Source of the DNA: Neolecta irregularis DAH-3
Lineage: Eukaryota
DNA: 64,000 bases
Assembly (NCBI GenBank): GCA_001929475.1
Contig: LXFE01000157.1
Coordinates: forward strand, 1-64,000
Direction of reading: 5' to 3'
Part shown: positions 50,743 through 63,811 of the stretch, piece after piece
Layout of the letters: each line of letters opens with the position of its first letter
Position numbering within the stretch: position 1 is the stretch's first letter
Program-made: the position numbers and the translations under genes
Notes under the pieces: model-generated
Seen by the model: the letters and a program-made list of their open reading frames with translations, nothing else
Told to the model about the DNA's origin: nothing
The model's database searches: none

Positions 50743-51953
50743 TTAAAGCCCACTAAATTCTTCAATCATTCTTACTCCCTTTTCTTTGACATCGCGAGCA
50801 TTCTTTCTCAACGCCGCCTCGCGAATTCTCAAAAATTCTCGACGCTCCTCTACGATACTTTGAATTTGTTTCATCACAATTGCTTTCTTCCTAGACAAAC
50901 GAAAGAAGCCAGAATCAACTAATGAAAGATTGATGAGGGCTAAAGTACATACCTTCTGTGTTCAATGAGCTTACAGATAAATGTTGCGACTCGTTGTGAA
51001 GTCCGCATGCCAGCTTCTTCCCATTCTTCCACATTCATGGCCCCATAATCTATTTCTTGTGCGTTCTAGGTCGTAAGAGGAGAAAGAGGAGGGTTGGTAT
51101 CCCTCATTTGTAGGATTCTGTGTAAGGTTTTCGCGTTCTTTATCATGTTGTGAAGATTTGTAAGAGGTTGATGGCCGTAGTTGTGACAGTGATGGGAGGT
51201 TGTAAGAGTCAGACTCGTGGAAAGGATTGCCCAGATCAGTTTCACCTTGTGATAGAATTTCTCGCTCTTGAGGTATTTGGGTATTGGAATTAGGACATGA
51301 GGGGCTTTGAATATCTCCTTCTTGCTCCAATGAAGAATCGTGTAGTAGTGGTTGGTCGATTGTTCGCTTAATCTCGATTTCCGTCTGAGGCTTTGCATCA
51401 CCTTGGATTTCTGTCGCCAGTGAGTCATGCTTATCAGACTGAGAAGATTGCCAATCATAACTCCCTTCATTGCAGTCTTGTGAAGATTTGAAAACTCTCT
51501 GATTCCCATGAGGTGGCGTCATCTCTTGAATGTGGGCATTATATGCGCCTATATGGTTAATCGGTCCAAACAGTAGAGAAAAGAACCATTTGTAAGTTGA
51601 GAAGTTGGAGTACCAATTCTTACGGGTTCTCTTCTGAAGTCATTCAATGAAGATTGGCCAGGATAAATTCGAAAGAAAGGTTTGTCCATCGTGATTTCAC
51701 GAGCCCCGTGAAGAGCTGCGATGTCGAGAGATTGGTTGTGGGAGTCCTTATTATGAGTCGATTTAGAAAATAAATGTTCTTCGTTATGTTGCGCACTTCC
51801 CATAGAGGGTCCCATAGATGGTAGCGTCGGGTCGGCAGGTTTTTCGAAGTTTTCTAGAGTATCTGGTTTGGCAATTGGCTGCGGCTGCCGAGGAGTTCTC
51901 GAAGAAGAAATAAACGGTCTAGCACCGCTTACCGGTTGGAATCGGAAAGTCAT
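50743..51953 (-). CDS. ECM11-like protein (disordered N-terminus plus C-terminal coiled coil); needs one non-canonical donor
   Basis: The C-terminal MNVEEWEEAGMRTSQRVATFICKLIEHRRKKAIVMKQIQSIVEERREFL resembles the Ecm11 C-terminal domain. Joining the frames requires a GG-AG intron at 51102-51066. Confidence 0.55.
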
Positions 51954-52796
51954 TCTAATTCTAGGATATTTCGAAAATGGTGGTGAATTGGGAGGTTCAA
52001 GTGCAGGGACATCCAACCCGACATCCAATTATTTCACATCAATTGAATTCCAGCGTTGCGACAGTCGGTAGGAGACCAGACGAATTTTCAGGATGGTATT
52101 CTAAAGAAGAATGATTCAGTTCGGCTGAGTTTAGTCTGCTTTGTTCAATTTCCAGTCCCTTTTGATGGTTATTCTTCTTGTAATATGTACTTGTAGCTAC
52201 GTACGAGCACAAGCACCTTCAATAGTCGACAAAAACAAAAGCGGGTATAAAGACAATTCCAATGGACTGTTTTAACAGCTTAAATTTGAAGGTTCCTCGG
52301 TATTTTTTGGAAGGCTGCCCGGATAGGTGAACGTCTTTCGCCTTATGTGTCACTATGCTGTATTGCTATGGCGGTGCGTAGAGACCTAGAAACATTTGCT
52401 TACACTCAGATCGCGGTTTTAGTGAGATGAAAAGCCAATATTTCCCGATCCATTTCACAGCGCTTTATCAAGTATGAATCGCTTTTTCACATGGAATTAT
52501 CGTATGATATTATCTCTCTTCATTCAAGCATTTCAATTCATTGTGACATCCTCTTTCTCCCTACCTTACAAATTACAATCACTTTTCATTGACTTGCCTT
52601 GTCTTCAACTTTGATCTTACGCAGAGTAGAGGGTAATGCTTTATATCATGATAATCGCAACACGGTAATAGTTCCGATTCTTCTAATGGAAAATATAATA
52701 TGTATAAATGCATGTTATTACTACGTTCTAGAGATGAGATTATGCCACTTCTAAATACCGGCAAAGAAAATCAATCAACTAACAATCCAAAACACC

Positions 52797-55021
52797 TCAC
52801 CATTCTGCTTTAACCTCACCGGCCCATTCTTTTCTCATTGGCCTATAGATTCGAACTTCACCTGAAATCATATCTCCTAATACAAAAGTTCCCCTAGAAA
52901 CACGTTTGACGCCACCGCTATTCTGCTGAAGCACCTCGATTGTATCACCAACGACCCTCTCAACTATTGCAGTATGATCAGGAGAGCCAGCTGAACATGT
53001 AGAAACAATGCGACCTGTTGAATCGCGAGTTTCAAATTTACAGCTTAGCATTTGAAGGATATCACCTCGGCGAATCTGGTCAATTGAGACTGGTTGCCCA
53101 ACGGATTCGTATATTAGAGCCCCATGCAAAAGACCCTTTGATGACATAGCTGGTGGATGGAGAGTTTCGAGACAATCACGAGCTAATGTCCAACATTCTC
53201 CGTTGCCAACTTGTGTCCCGAACTTCGAATGGCAATATGCGATGATCTGGTCAGCATATAAGTGACTCGATGCAATCAATTCATTTGTTGGCGGCGTAGG
53301 CGGAGAAGGTGCATGTTTTTGCTCGGTAGTCACAGTTCCCATCGGATCGCGTTCATTGTAACTGACTTTGACCCAAGTCAAGGAGAGATTTGGATTTCGC
53401 AGGCAGTAAATTGATGTCCAGATCATGTTCCCTTTCATTCCATGAGCTGAAGACGTGCCAGTATATTCTACGGCTCGGGAAAACGAAGGACATGGCTCTC
53501 TCTTGTGAAACCAGGGCAAGTGGAGATGGAGATCCAAATCAGGATATGAATGCGGGGAGAGGGAAAACATCGATGGTTTCATGAAGGATGGCTTCGTGTG
53601 AAGCGAGATTTGCGGCTTTGAATGCACTGGAATTGGGGGAGGTCCTTTCAATGATGGCGAGGGCATCGAAACAGGTGCCTGCGACTGAAGACCGTCTCTG
53701 CCGGTGATGTATAGGCGAAGCTGTTCCACCTCTCGGCTGCCAGTGTACTTGTCGCAGCCGTCCTTGCCGACCCACTAGCACTTAGCTGATAGATTTCGAG
53801 AAACACCTACATATATCGTTGGATAGCCACTAGTGGGGTATATCTTTTTGACTTGTTCATGTTCTGCCCCATCTATCTGATAAAATCTAACATGAGGCAA
53901 AGTCGCCGCTAATTCATTGTATGCCGGAAAAAACTCCTAGAAATCAGTGAGAGCCAACTTGACATATATACCTTGCAATACCTACACCAAGGAGCATAGA
54001 TAAGCAACATATATGGTGGCTAGGGTTTAGCATTCTCGCTGGATTATCATACGGAGGGCAGGTTCACTTCGTGTAGTTCAGTTGGGCAACCAGTCGATGC
54101 TTGAACTGATATCGAAGATGGACGTGGAGATAAACCCGATTTGTAGAGTTGTGGAGGACCAGACGCCTTTTCAACTGCTGGAGCTAGAATTCGATTTACC
54201 TTGGGCAATGAAACATTGAATATTTTTGGAGCTGTTCTGCTTATGTCATGATTATTTGAAGCCGAAAGTTGGCTTGCAGCTGTGTACTGATCAGCTCGAT
54301 TTGGGTCTGGTCTCTCCTCGATGCTAGAAGAGGGGGTCATGTTTCCAGTAGTCGACTTTAGAGATTTCTCACCGGTTCCAGAAAATCGGTTGACTAATCG
54401 GAGGCTGTTTTTCAGGTCACTCAAATTTATCTTATCATCTGGCTTCGCTGAAGAGTTGCCATTTTGACTGACTGTGCGATTCAGCATTTTATATCCGCTT
54501 TTTAATTCTTCCTTATTCGTCTCCTGAAGTTTTGCTTTTATTTCGTGAAGGTCGCTGGTTGAAATTGATGTTCCTGGTATCGGTCTGGCCCGAGGAGGCA
54601 ATGACGGTTTCGGAGGCGGAACCTTTATCCCAGACATCGAAAAGGCACTGGACGATCTCGATGATGAAGGTCGAGGGTTTGAGCCTGGTCTGAGTTCCGG
54701 TACAACATACCCGATTCGTTTTGGGAGGGGAGGGGTTTTTTGCATCGTTTCATTGCCTGACACATCGAGTTCTCGTACGCCTAGTTTCTTAGATAGTGAT
54801 TGATGATCATACTTGGGATTACCGTCTTGCTTAAATAGATGAGATGAGGGCACGCTTTTGACGGGTGATCTTCGACCGGCAGTATACGATGAATTCGAGT
54901 GCTTTTCAAGCCACTCCTTATCACTTTTCTTTGGCTCTGACCGAGTTACTTTGTCCATTCCGGTCCGTGCTTTGAATGCGGCATAATCTGCTTTCTCTTT
55001 GATTAATTTCAGGGCCTCCAT
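52797..55021 (-). CDS. AIM3/BBC1-like Pro-rich protein with an internal thioredoxin (WCRYC) domain and a C-terminal cysteine-protease-like fold, 4 exons
   Basis: Three GT-AG introns join the Pro/Ser-rich ORF to IYAPWCRYCK-EFFPAYNELA..QIDG..SGYPTI..YTGSREVEQL and then to QVGNGECWTLA..GDILQ..PDHTAIV..LQQN. Confidence 0.8.
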
Positions 55022-56098
55022 GAACACCTGAATCAATGAAAATAATCGCGGTGATTATGACAGATGGCTACAAGGTGGCACGTGAATAAGACCAATAATA
55101 TTATAATGTAACATGACTCTGTCCCGCTTTTTAATGTCGGAAGCAAGATTGGCATATCTACAAGAATGCCTTGATGTGACTGGGAGTAGATTCAAGCGAC
55201 AAAGCCTGTAGTTGTTGCAATTTTTGACGATCTCCATCGAATAGTTAAAATTTCCTTTTTAACCCTTCTCAGAGATTTCATGCACCAGTCATACTGGCAC
55301 CTCAATCCAATTATCGAAGATAAATACTGTTTATTTCTGCTGACTGAGTCTATTTCCTGGTCTTTGATACCTTTGCGCCCATTTTAGACTCTTAGGGATT
55401 ACCAGGAGATAGGTTAAATGTTCTAAATCTTGTACAACAATCTAGCTCTAGTGCGGGTTGAAATTGCTGATCGAAAGCGTCATTGCTTGCAAAAGGAGAT
55501 CAAGGGCAAATGTAAGCAAATGAACCATTTCTGAAGATATAGAAAATCGAATCTGGAAAGTAGAACAATCTGAGATTGTTGGGATCACTGGAGAGGAGTA
55601 CACCAGGATCGTGTGCAAAGCTTCCAGCAATGAACTATAAATTCAAGATTATTTGAGAGGCGCGATGGTCCATTTACTATATGACAAATATGTGGTGTTA
55701 TGCCAAACTCAAAGAATCCTTGCAACTTGAGATAAAGGATGCCATAAAGAGACACAGGACTGTTGATAAAATGGACGATAATCTCTTATAATCGGACTGA
55801 TTCTTCGAATCATATCAAGAAGCTCAGACGGAAATGTTATCGTTAAAGTTGACACGATTTCAAAAACCTAGCACATTGGAAAGAGGGCTCAAGTTGAAGT
55901 TTATTCCGGATGAGCGTTATCCAACCTTACCCTTGGGCTTTATTATCTGAAAGGAGAGTTTATAAGAAGCCAAATCTATAAGCTTCAAGATCTCTCAGCA
56001 AGAAATGGGGCGGTATAGTGTATTTGGATATATTGGTGATGACGAAGACCATGGCGAAATCTCGGTTGGCAGATGTGCCCTGTCGAGTCAACTTCACC

Positions 56099-59000
56099 AT
56101 GAGTATCCCAGAAAGCAGTAGTAGCAACAAATCACCACCAATATCCCCTCTTTCGATTTCTCCCGTGTGTCCTGTAGCTACGAAAGAACAAACACGTCCG
56201 CCATCGGCGTCGTCGTCATCTGCGAACACATTTACATCCGCACTGTATTCTTTTCCCAACTATTCATCATCCACCCTTGCTCCCTCAAAAAGGCCCCGTA
56301 ATTCAGGTGCCTCTGAATCATCTGAAGGAAGAGGGCGAGGCCCAATGCCCGATGCCGTGGAACAGGCTAGCCGTGAAACTTCGTTGGAGTCGTCAGTAGT
56401 CGATGCGAAAAGGTGGACCATCCATGATGATGATGTTTCTACTCCGCCGCTCGAGGACACGGCATCACCAGAGGTTCCCGCACCTCTTCCTCGCGAACAA
56501 CTTGAGATTATTGATAACCTAAAGGTCGAAAAGCTCATTGCTGGTAGATCAATGTATGTGATCTCAACGCACTGGTACACTCAATTCCGGAATTGGAGTC
56601 ATGGAGAATTTCGAGAATTGAATCCTATTGATAATTCAATGATTATAGATAGCGCAGGGGAGTTGTTTCCTAGAATGAATGAAGGAAACGACTATCTTTT
56701 AATCCCTGACCTTGCTTGGAAGATGTTAATACAGTGGTATGGCATACTGACGAAACACTACAAAGCCTAACATTTAGGCATGGTTCCAACGGTCCCGAAT
56801 GCTCGCGCCCAACAATCAACACCGCTGAGCCGCCTGGTGAAAATCTTCTTGTGGAAATGCATCCACTTCAAGTTCGTCTATTTACCGTCACGGATCAGTC
56901 CCAATCCTCGTTTCCGCTGACAGGAGCCAATGGACAGGTGATTGACGAACTGCGGTCAGTATTCGGCAAGACTAGTAGAAAGCAATCTTTACCTCCCTTA
57001 CTTGTTCGACCTGTCCTCTCAATAAGTCGTGCAGAGTTGTGGTCGACCTTTCGTACACAGATTGTCGAATTATTAGGACTTGAGCCCCAATGCGCAATGA
57101 GGCTTCACAAGATCGGTAACTTGAACCAAATACAAGCAGTCAGCCTCGAGGCCTCGACACTCGCTAAGCTTCCCGACCGATACGATCTAGTCACGCTAGA
57201 TTCCAGTAGTATCGACTCTAAAATGATTAACCATGATCTATCTACAAATGCAGACTTGGCTGTTGAAATACAATCTATCGATTTCACCTGGCCTGTGGAT
57301 GATTACAAAGAGCTTCCGATTCCTTTAGAACTATGGGATGAAAGTGATTCCAAGGTCGATTCTGGCAGTAGCTGGAATTTTCCCTATACTAAACCGATTT
57401 CTTTTCCATCTTCCCATACTCCTATCAACGACTCGAGCACCAAAGATATTGAAGAACCGAAGCTTCAGAATACAGCCATGTACTGTCTAAAGGGCGAAAC
57501 CGGACTGCAGAATCTCGGAAATACATGCTATATGAACTCTGCCCTCCAGTGTTTATCGCATGTTGAGGAATTAACGAAATATTTTCTATGTATGTGCAAA
57601 ATGTTTTTAAAACTTATTATCTAGCGGATGCATATACAGAAGAAATCAACACTGACAATCCTTTAGGAAGCGGTGGGTTAGTTGTGAGAAGCTACGCCAT
57701 CCTTATTCACAAATTATTTGAGAATCCACCGGAAAGTTCGTACGCTCCACGGGGTTTCAAATCGACCATTGGTAGATTCGCTCCCGCGTTTTCGGGCTAC
57801 CAGCAGCAAGACGCTCAAGAATTCCTCGCTTTTCTTCTTGATGGGCTTCACGAAGATCTCAATCGAGTCCTAAAGAAGCCTTATACAGAGAAACCAGATT
57901 TGGGAGAGTTTAGCGATCAGAAAATTCGAGAATTAGCGTTGAGATGTTGGGATACTCACAAACTAAGAAATGATTCGGTCATTGTAGATTTAATACAAGG
58001 GCTTTATAAGAGTACGCTTGTTTGCCCTGAGTGTAATAAAGTAAGAACACTATTAGTGAACATTGTTGAAAGTTTTAGGTTTCGGTCAGCTTTGACCCCT
58101 ACATGGTGCCATATATCCTCTAACCATTGTCTAAGCTTTCAGGATTTGACATTACCTTTGCCAATTATAAAGAAATGGAAGCATGAAATTAAATTTGTTC
58201 CCTGGGATGTTTCGACACCCGTATTCAAGGCATGGTATCAATATTCCAGCCTCTGCTCAACGAATAGATAAAAGTTGTGCTGGACAAGAACAGTACGATT
58301 CGAACAATGAAGGAATTTATTGCAGATCGTCTCAAGCTTGATCCCAAGAAAGTATCGTTTCTCCTTTTTCATTCATCTGAATGCTAGCTATGGTCAGCAG
58401 AAGTGTGGAAACAAACGTTCTATAAACATCACTATGATAGCGAAACTACGTCTGACGTCATCAGTGAGCACGACAACATCTTTGTTTACGAATTACCAAT
58501 ATCCACGGAGTCAACTTCTGAAACACTTGCCAGTTCCGATGAGCAGTACCTCGTACCAATTGTCACATCTCGCGATTGCCCATCGAAAGCATCATGGTCT
58601 TCCATAGAAACTACCTGCTATCCATTTTTCATTGCTCTTTCACACAGAGAAGCCTCAAGTTATGATACCATTTACAACAAAATTAGGGACAAATATCATC
58701 AATTCACAACCGCTCCACAATTATTATATGTGGATGAATCAAAACCGAGTTCCCCTGAATCGAATTCCGATATAGACCAAGACTATATCGATGTGAAGAT
58801 GGATGAAAATCCCGAGGGATCGATAGTAGAAATCAAGAAAGCGCCTCCTCTTCCGAAAAGACCTAGTCCTGCGCCTCCGCCACCCGTTAAACTAAAGCTG
58901 ATACCTCGCTCTACCCATCGAGACCCGTTTCCAACCACGCTTGGTAATCCTTCGAACTTGAGCGAAATCAAAGATATGTTTACTTGTGAAAGTCCTCCTC

Positions 59001-60376
59001 GAGATGTAAATATGGAAGAATATGTCGATACAACAGGCGGAATTACTGGTCCGTTTACACCTCCAGACGACTTACTAGAGCCTTCGTATCATTTTGGTTC
59101 GGAACAATCGATTCTTCTCAAAACTTCAGTGACCTCGTCGAACAATTATTTTGAAGATCCATCGCCTCGCTATAGCGATAGTGAAGACCCCCAGATGAAA
59201 GATGCGAGTGAAGAGGAAGATGTACTCCATCGACCATGTGTAATCGATCATCTACCTCCGTTTGGGCCACCAGATTCTCTCGAAAACAGCCGTAGCAATT
59301 CACGGTCTGGAGTACCTTGGTCCTCGCCAAATTCTGATGTTTTGAGCAGTGAAATCCTGGTACATGCGAGTGACGGTATCCTTTGCGAGTGGGCGGTGCC
59401 AGTGTACGACAGCATATTTCCCGCTGTTGAGACGGAGGTTGGAGGAATTAAAGTACGTGGTTTATGGGACGAGTCTACTTTCTTTCACGATGAAAACCTC
59501 GAAGCGGAAGAAGAAGCTGCGAAGAAAGCCAAACACAGAGAAGTCAATCTGGCAGACTGTCTCGACGAATTCTCAAAAACGGAAGAATTGGGAGAAGAAG
59601 ATACGTGGTATTGTCCCAATTGTAGAGAACACCGACGAGCCACAAAGACTTTTGAACTTTGGAATGTGGCTGATATTGTTGTGATGCATTTAAAACGATT
59701 TTCCAGTGCACGCGCATTGAACGATAAAATCGATGATCTTATCGAGTTTCCGTTACAAGGATTAAATTTGAACGAACGAATTGGATCGTGGAAGTCAAAC
59801 ACAGATCCAAATAAAGAGGATTTTATTTACGATTGTTTTGCTGTTGCTAATCATATGGGCGGAACAGGTGGCGGTCATTATACGGCGTATGCGCGAAATT
59901 TCAAGGGAGACAAATGGTTCTCGTATAACGATTCTTTTGTGAAACATATGGATTCAGCTAGAGTAGTCTCGCCATCTGCTTATTTAATCTTTTATCGACG
60001 CAGAAAAGCAACGGGACAATTCGCCGGTGGTGAAAAATACACACAGATGCTAAATGACTTTGAAATCAAGAATTCAAAGCCTAGGGAAGTGTCGTCTGGT
60101 CTTGTTAAACCTATTATTACTTCAGCTGGTGTTCGTTTTGGAAATGATTCATCTGCAAGTTCAGATAGTACCAAAATCTCACCTGTAAAAGTCATTGAAC
60201 GGTTCCCGGGACCAGGAAGAACGTTGGGAGAAACTTTACCACAGGAAAAGATAAAACCGCTTTGGACACAGACGACGCCCACGCCGACGACAACTACAAA
60301 CGACGAAGATGAGGGGTATGAAGCTGAATGCGAAAAAGATGATGCCAGGATGAACGATGAGATTGAAGAGGGCTGA
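56099..60376 (+). CDS. UBP12: Ubiquitin C-terminal hydrolase, USP4/11/15 (Ubp12) family, start uncertain
   Basis: DUSP domain ([21 protein letters not shown]), Cys box [33 protein letters not shown] and His box [14 protein letters not shown]. Confidence 0.92.
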
Positions 60377-60603
60377 ACTTCCAAGCCTTGATTTCCATGT
60401 AATATTTTGTACGCATTTATTATTTCCTAAAGCGAGCCTACTCTCTAAATCTCTGTAAGCGGATATCGAGGATGTAATCCTCTTCTGTTTGTGTTCTTCG
60501 GGTATAGTTGAACAAAACCATATAAAACATGAATGAAAAGAAACCACAGAAATCCATTATACCACCCCTTGAGTTGCCTAGGATGACCCGGCTAGGGCAC
60601 ATA

Positions 60604-61073
60604 CTAAAATCCAGCTGGCGCAGCCCTTGTTCCCACGGTAACTCGGGTCCATTTGGGCACTACAAATCTTAAACCCGTCCTTGTCTCAAAAGGAAAGGAA
60701 GAAAAATACCTTTATGCGCGCCCTTTCTAAACATGACGCCGTTCTTGGTGAATACAGTATACTTATCCTTGGCCAAAAGTTTATTTTCAGGAATAATAGT
60801 ATTCTTGACATATTCCAACGCTTTACAAGTTTGTCCTTGCAAAATCAACTAGATATTTCTCAAGATAAAAGAAACCTGTTTGGGAGAGGGAGGAGTCTAG
60901 CGTAGCGATTACTTTGTCGATATGTTGTAATCGCTTACGTTGTCTGTATTTCCGTGGACTCGATAACCGCCACGGCGATTTCCTTTGGGAAAAGATTAGT
61001 GGGGAATAGATAATAATGAATACCATAGTAAACCTCCTTGAGCGATAAACGATGCGCGAAAGGCGCCAAACAT
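60604..61073 (-). CDS. MRPL31: Mitochondrial ribosomal protein mL60/YmL31, 4 exons
   Basis: Spliced protein reads MFGAFRAS..GGLLWKSPWRLSSPRKYRQRKRL..KDKYTVF..RKGAHKVPKWTRVT..PAGF. Confidence 0.92.
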
Positions 61074-61200
61074 GAATGAACAAGGTCAAGTGGGAAGAGG
61101 TGACGTCTGATACTGGCAAATTTGATCCCACGTGTGAGTGGGTATTTTAAGCGATATAGAATACTGTAAAAGATACAAAAATGGCGAAATTGTATATAAT

Positions 61201-63807
61201 CTACAGTTCACCATCAAACTTTTGTGCACGAGGAGATTTGCTATTACGCTCAGGGTCTGATGATGGAATAAAGACTTTTGCTTTTAGTACTTTGTCGTCG
61301 ACATTTTTAGGTAAGATATCAGCAGCTGGCGCTTTGTCAATAAAGTCGCTGGCTTTTTCGTAAACTTGATCAGTTTTATCTTTGAGATCTTGGACGATAT
61401 GTTGAGCGAAATGTGTTGTTTCATCGACCTTTTGGTCAAATCCGCTGATCGCGTGTTCAACGAAACCAGGTTCGGTTGCTGCTGAGGATCGACTTTCAGC
61501 GATAGGACCGAGTGCAGCCGAGCTAATCTTTTCGCGAATTTGTTCTCCTTTTGATTGGACGGCTTCGGTGGCAGCGTTGGCTTGAGATTTTATCTGTTTG
61601 CTGGCGTCTTGCGCATATTCCGAAACCAGAGGCAACACGTTTTCTTTTGCGAATTCCGCTTTTTCAAAAGCAGCTTGTCCCCCTTGGCCAGAATTCTGAC
61701 CCGTTTCAGCAGCCGCAGGGACCACATTTTCCTTGATATATTCGATTCCCTCTTGGTATGCCGCTTGACCTGCTTGTCCAGCTGCATTAGCAGCAGACTG
61801 GATGAAATCAGCAGCAGAACCAATATATTTTTCATATATCTCTTCCGGACCAAAGGTTTCTTGGACACCGTAAATTGCTTGACTGGCTTTGGAAACAGCG
61901 ACCCCGGGAGCAGCCTTGATATTCTCGTAAACAGATTCAGTGAACGACATGTAATCTAGATCCAATCAGCAATAAAACACAAAACATATACTTTGAGGAA
62001 AGTCATTCTTGGTATCTTTTGTGCGGATTTTCTTGGCGCCTACAAATTGTACCATTTCAATTTTCTTAAAAGCCAGGGAAGAAATTTCATCGATTTGATC
62101 TTGTACATTTATTGGAATTTCTTCAAGGTTCGAATGAGCTGGTTTAGTCTGAAGTTCAAGGAACTCTACGAATTCTTTTTGGCGAGAATGGAGGTCTGTG
62201 CGAAGGGCATGGTATTTAGCCCAGTCCTAAAACAGTCAGTGGGTTAAAAAGAAGGGGAGGGGCCTTGTAAGTTACGTAATCGAGATATGGCCACTCTCTG
62301 CCGATTTCCTCTTGCAGATTGATACGTATTTCGTCGAGCTGTTTGGTTACAGCGTGAATGTCATTAGAGATTCGTTGATGGAGGTGAGGAAAGATATTAT
62401 TGGAGTATTCACTTGTAATCAGCGTGCAAAGATGTAAGAGTGTACCTGATTTGGATAGTTTTATCTTTGATGGATGCAATTGCATCAAGGGATAGGCTGT
62501 CGAGCTGTTGCAGACGATGGTCCAAGTTTGTGTCCATGGCAGCTAACACAAGGATCTTTTTCTCGATGCTAGAGATTGTTGTATTGCACAATTCCTGTAA
62601 TTGATGGAGATAATCATTGCACACACGACTTTCTTTTCGTTCTGCAGCTTGAAGGATATCGGTTATTTCCGCGACTAGTTTATCTTCAGCGGTGGTTGTA
62701 GCTTTTGCGAGGACGGAGGCGGCAGTATTGATTGTTGAGTCTATGTGTTTGCGCTCTGCTTCTTTTTTAGCTTGGGTAGCAAGGGATTCAGAGTGGTCAG
62801 CAAGGGGGTCGAAGTGGTCAGCAAGAGGTTCAGAGCGGTCAGCAAGAGGTTCAGAGTGGTCAGCAAGGGGGTCAGAGTATTGAGCAAATGATTCAGAGTG
62901 TTGAGCAAAGGATTCATTTTCGGCTCTAGGGTGAGCATGTACGACGCAAAAACAAACCCATTGTTCACATTCTGCGAAAGCTGTCTGTCAGCTCTAAACT
63001 GGAAAACGCGATCATGAATTTTGTCCAGTTGGGGTTGTACATGCTGGTTCCAGAGCAGTCGCAGCTGCACAAACACGAGGGAATGGAGTTTTTCTCGACA
63101 AAAGGCAAGAGCTGTGGATATTTTTGGGTGCGCGTGGGCGAGGTATGTGTTTTTGGAGGCGACGGCAGCGGAACAGAGGCGCGGGGCGATGTGGTTGTAT
63201 GCGGGGACGAGGCGGACCCTGTAGACGGATGCGAGGCGGGCGGAGGAGCGGACGGCGAGAGGGGCCAAGCTGTGGCTGTAGAAGCGGTGTGCATGGGCGA
63301 CGTGGGCCTGGAGGTGTTTGGCGTAGAGCGTGCTGCAGGGGAGGACGAGGTGCCTGTCGAGGACGGGCTGGACTGCAGTGCGGTAGTCCTTGAGGGCCTG
63401 TTTCTGGGCGCGGAGGACGAGCGGGTGGACGCGGGCCCAGTAGGTGCTGTGGGCCGAGGCCGCGAGGGGCGCGTAGTGCCTGTGGGCAAAGTGGGCGCAG
63501 GGGCGCAGGCGATCGACGTAGCGGGCGGCGTATGCGTCGTAGAGGGGCAGCAGGCGGGGCCGCAGCAGGGCGTGCGAGTGGTCGAGGGCCCTGCACACGA
63601 GGGGCGCGGCTGGACCGGCAGGCCGCGCAGGGCACACCACAAGGGCGTGGTAGGCCGCATAGAGGGCAAACAGGCTGCGGTCAGGGCGGAGGCACGCGGG
63701 CAGGGGTGCATATACTTGAGGAGGAAGCGCAGCAGCGGGCGGCGCCGGCGGGCGGGGCGGGGGGCGGCGTCGGCGGGTGGCCTGCGGGGACGGGGCTTCT
63801 TGGCCAT
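61201..63807 (-). CDS. SHE10-like membrane-anchored coiled-coil protein
   Basis: Basic N-terminus, a TM segment, VCP..P.VC, a helical Y/H-rich region, coiled coils and an Ala-rich amphipathic tail; several introns. Confidence 0.6.
62783..62910 (-). repeat. 21-bp coding tandem repeat, ~6 copies, encoding A(D/Q)HS(E/D)PL
   Basis: Consecutive CAGAGTGGTCAGCAAGRGGKT-type units. Confidence 0.9.
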
Positions 63808-63811
63808 GGGC

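Noticed and set aside
55040-55700. Possible upstream exons of the AIM3/Trx gene
   Set aside because: No coherent frame was found; the ATG at 55021 gives a plausible N-terminus.
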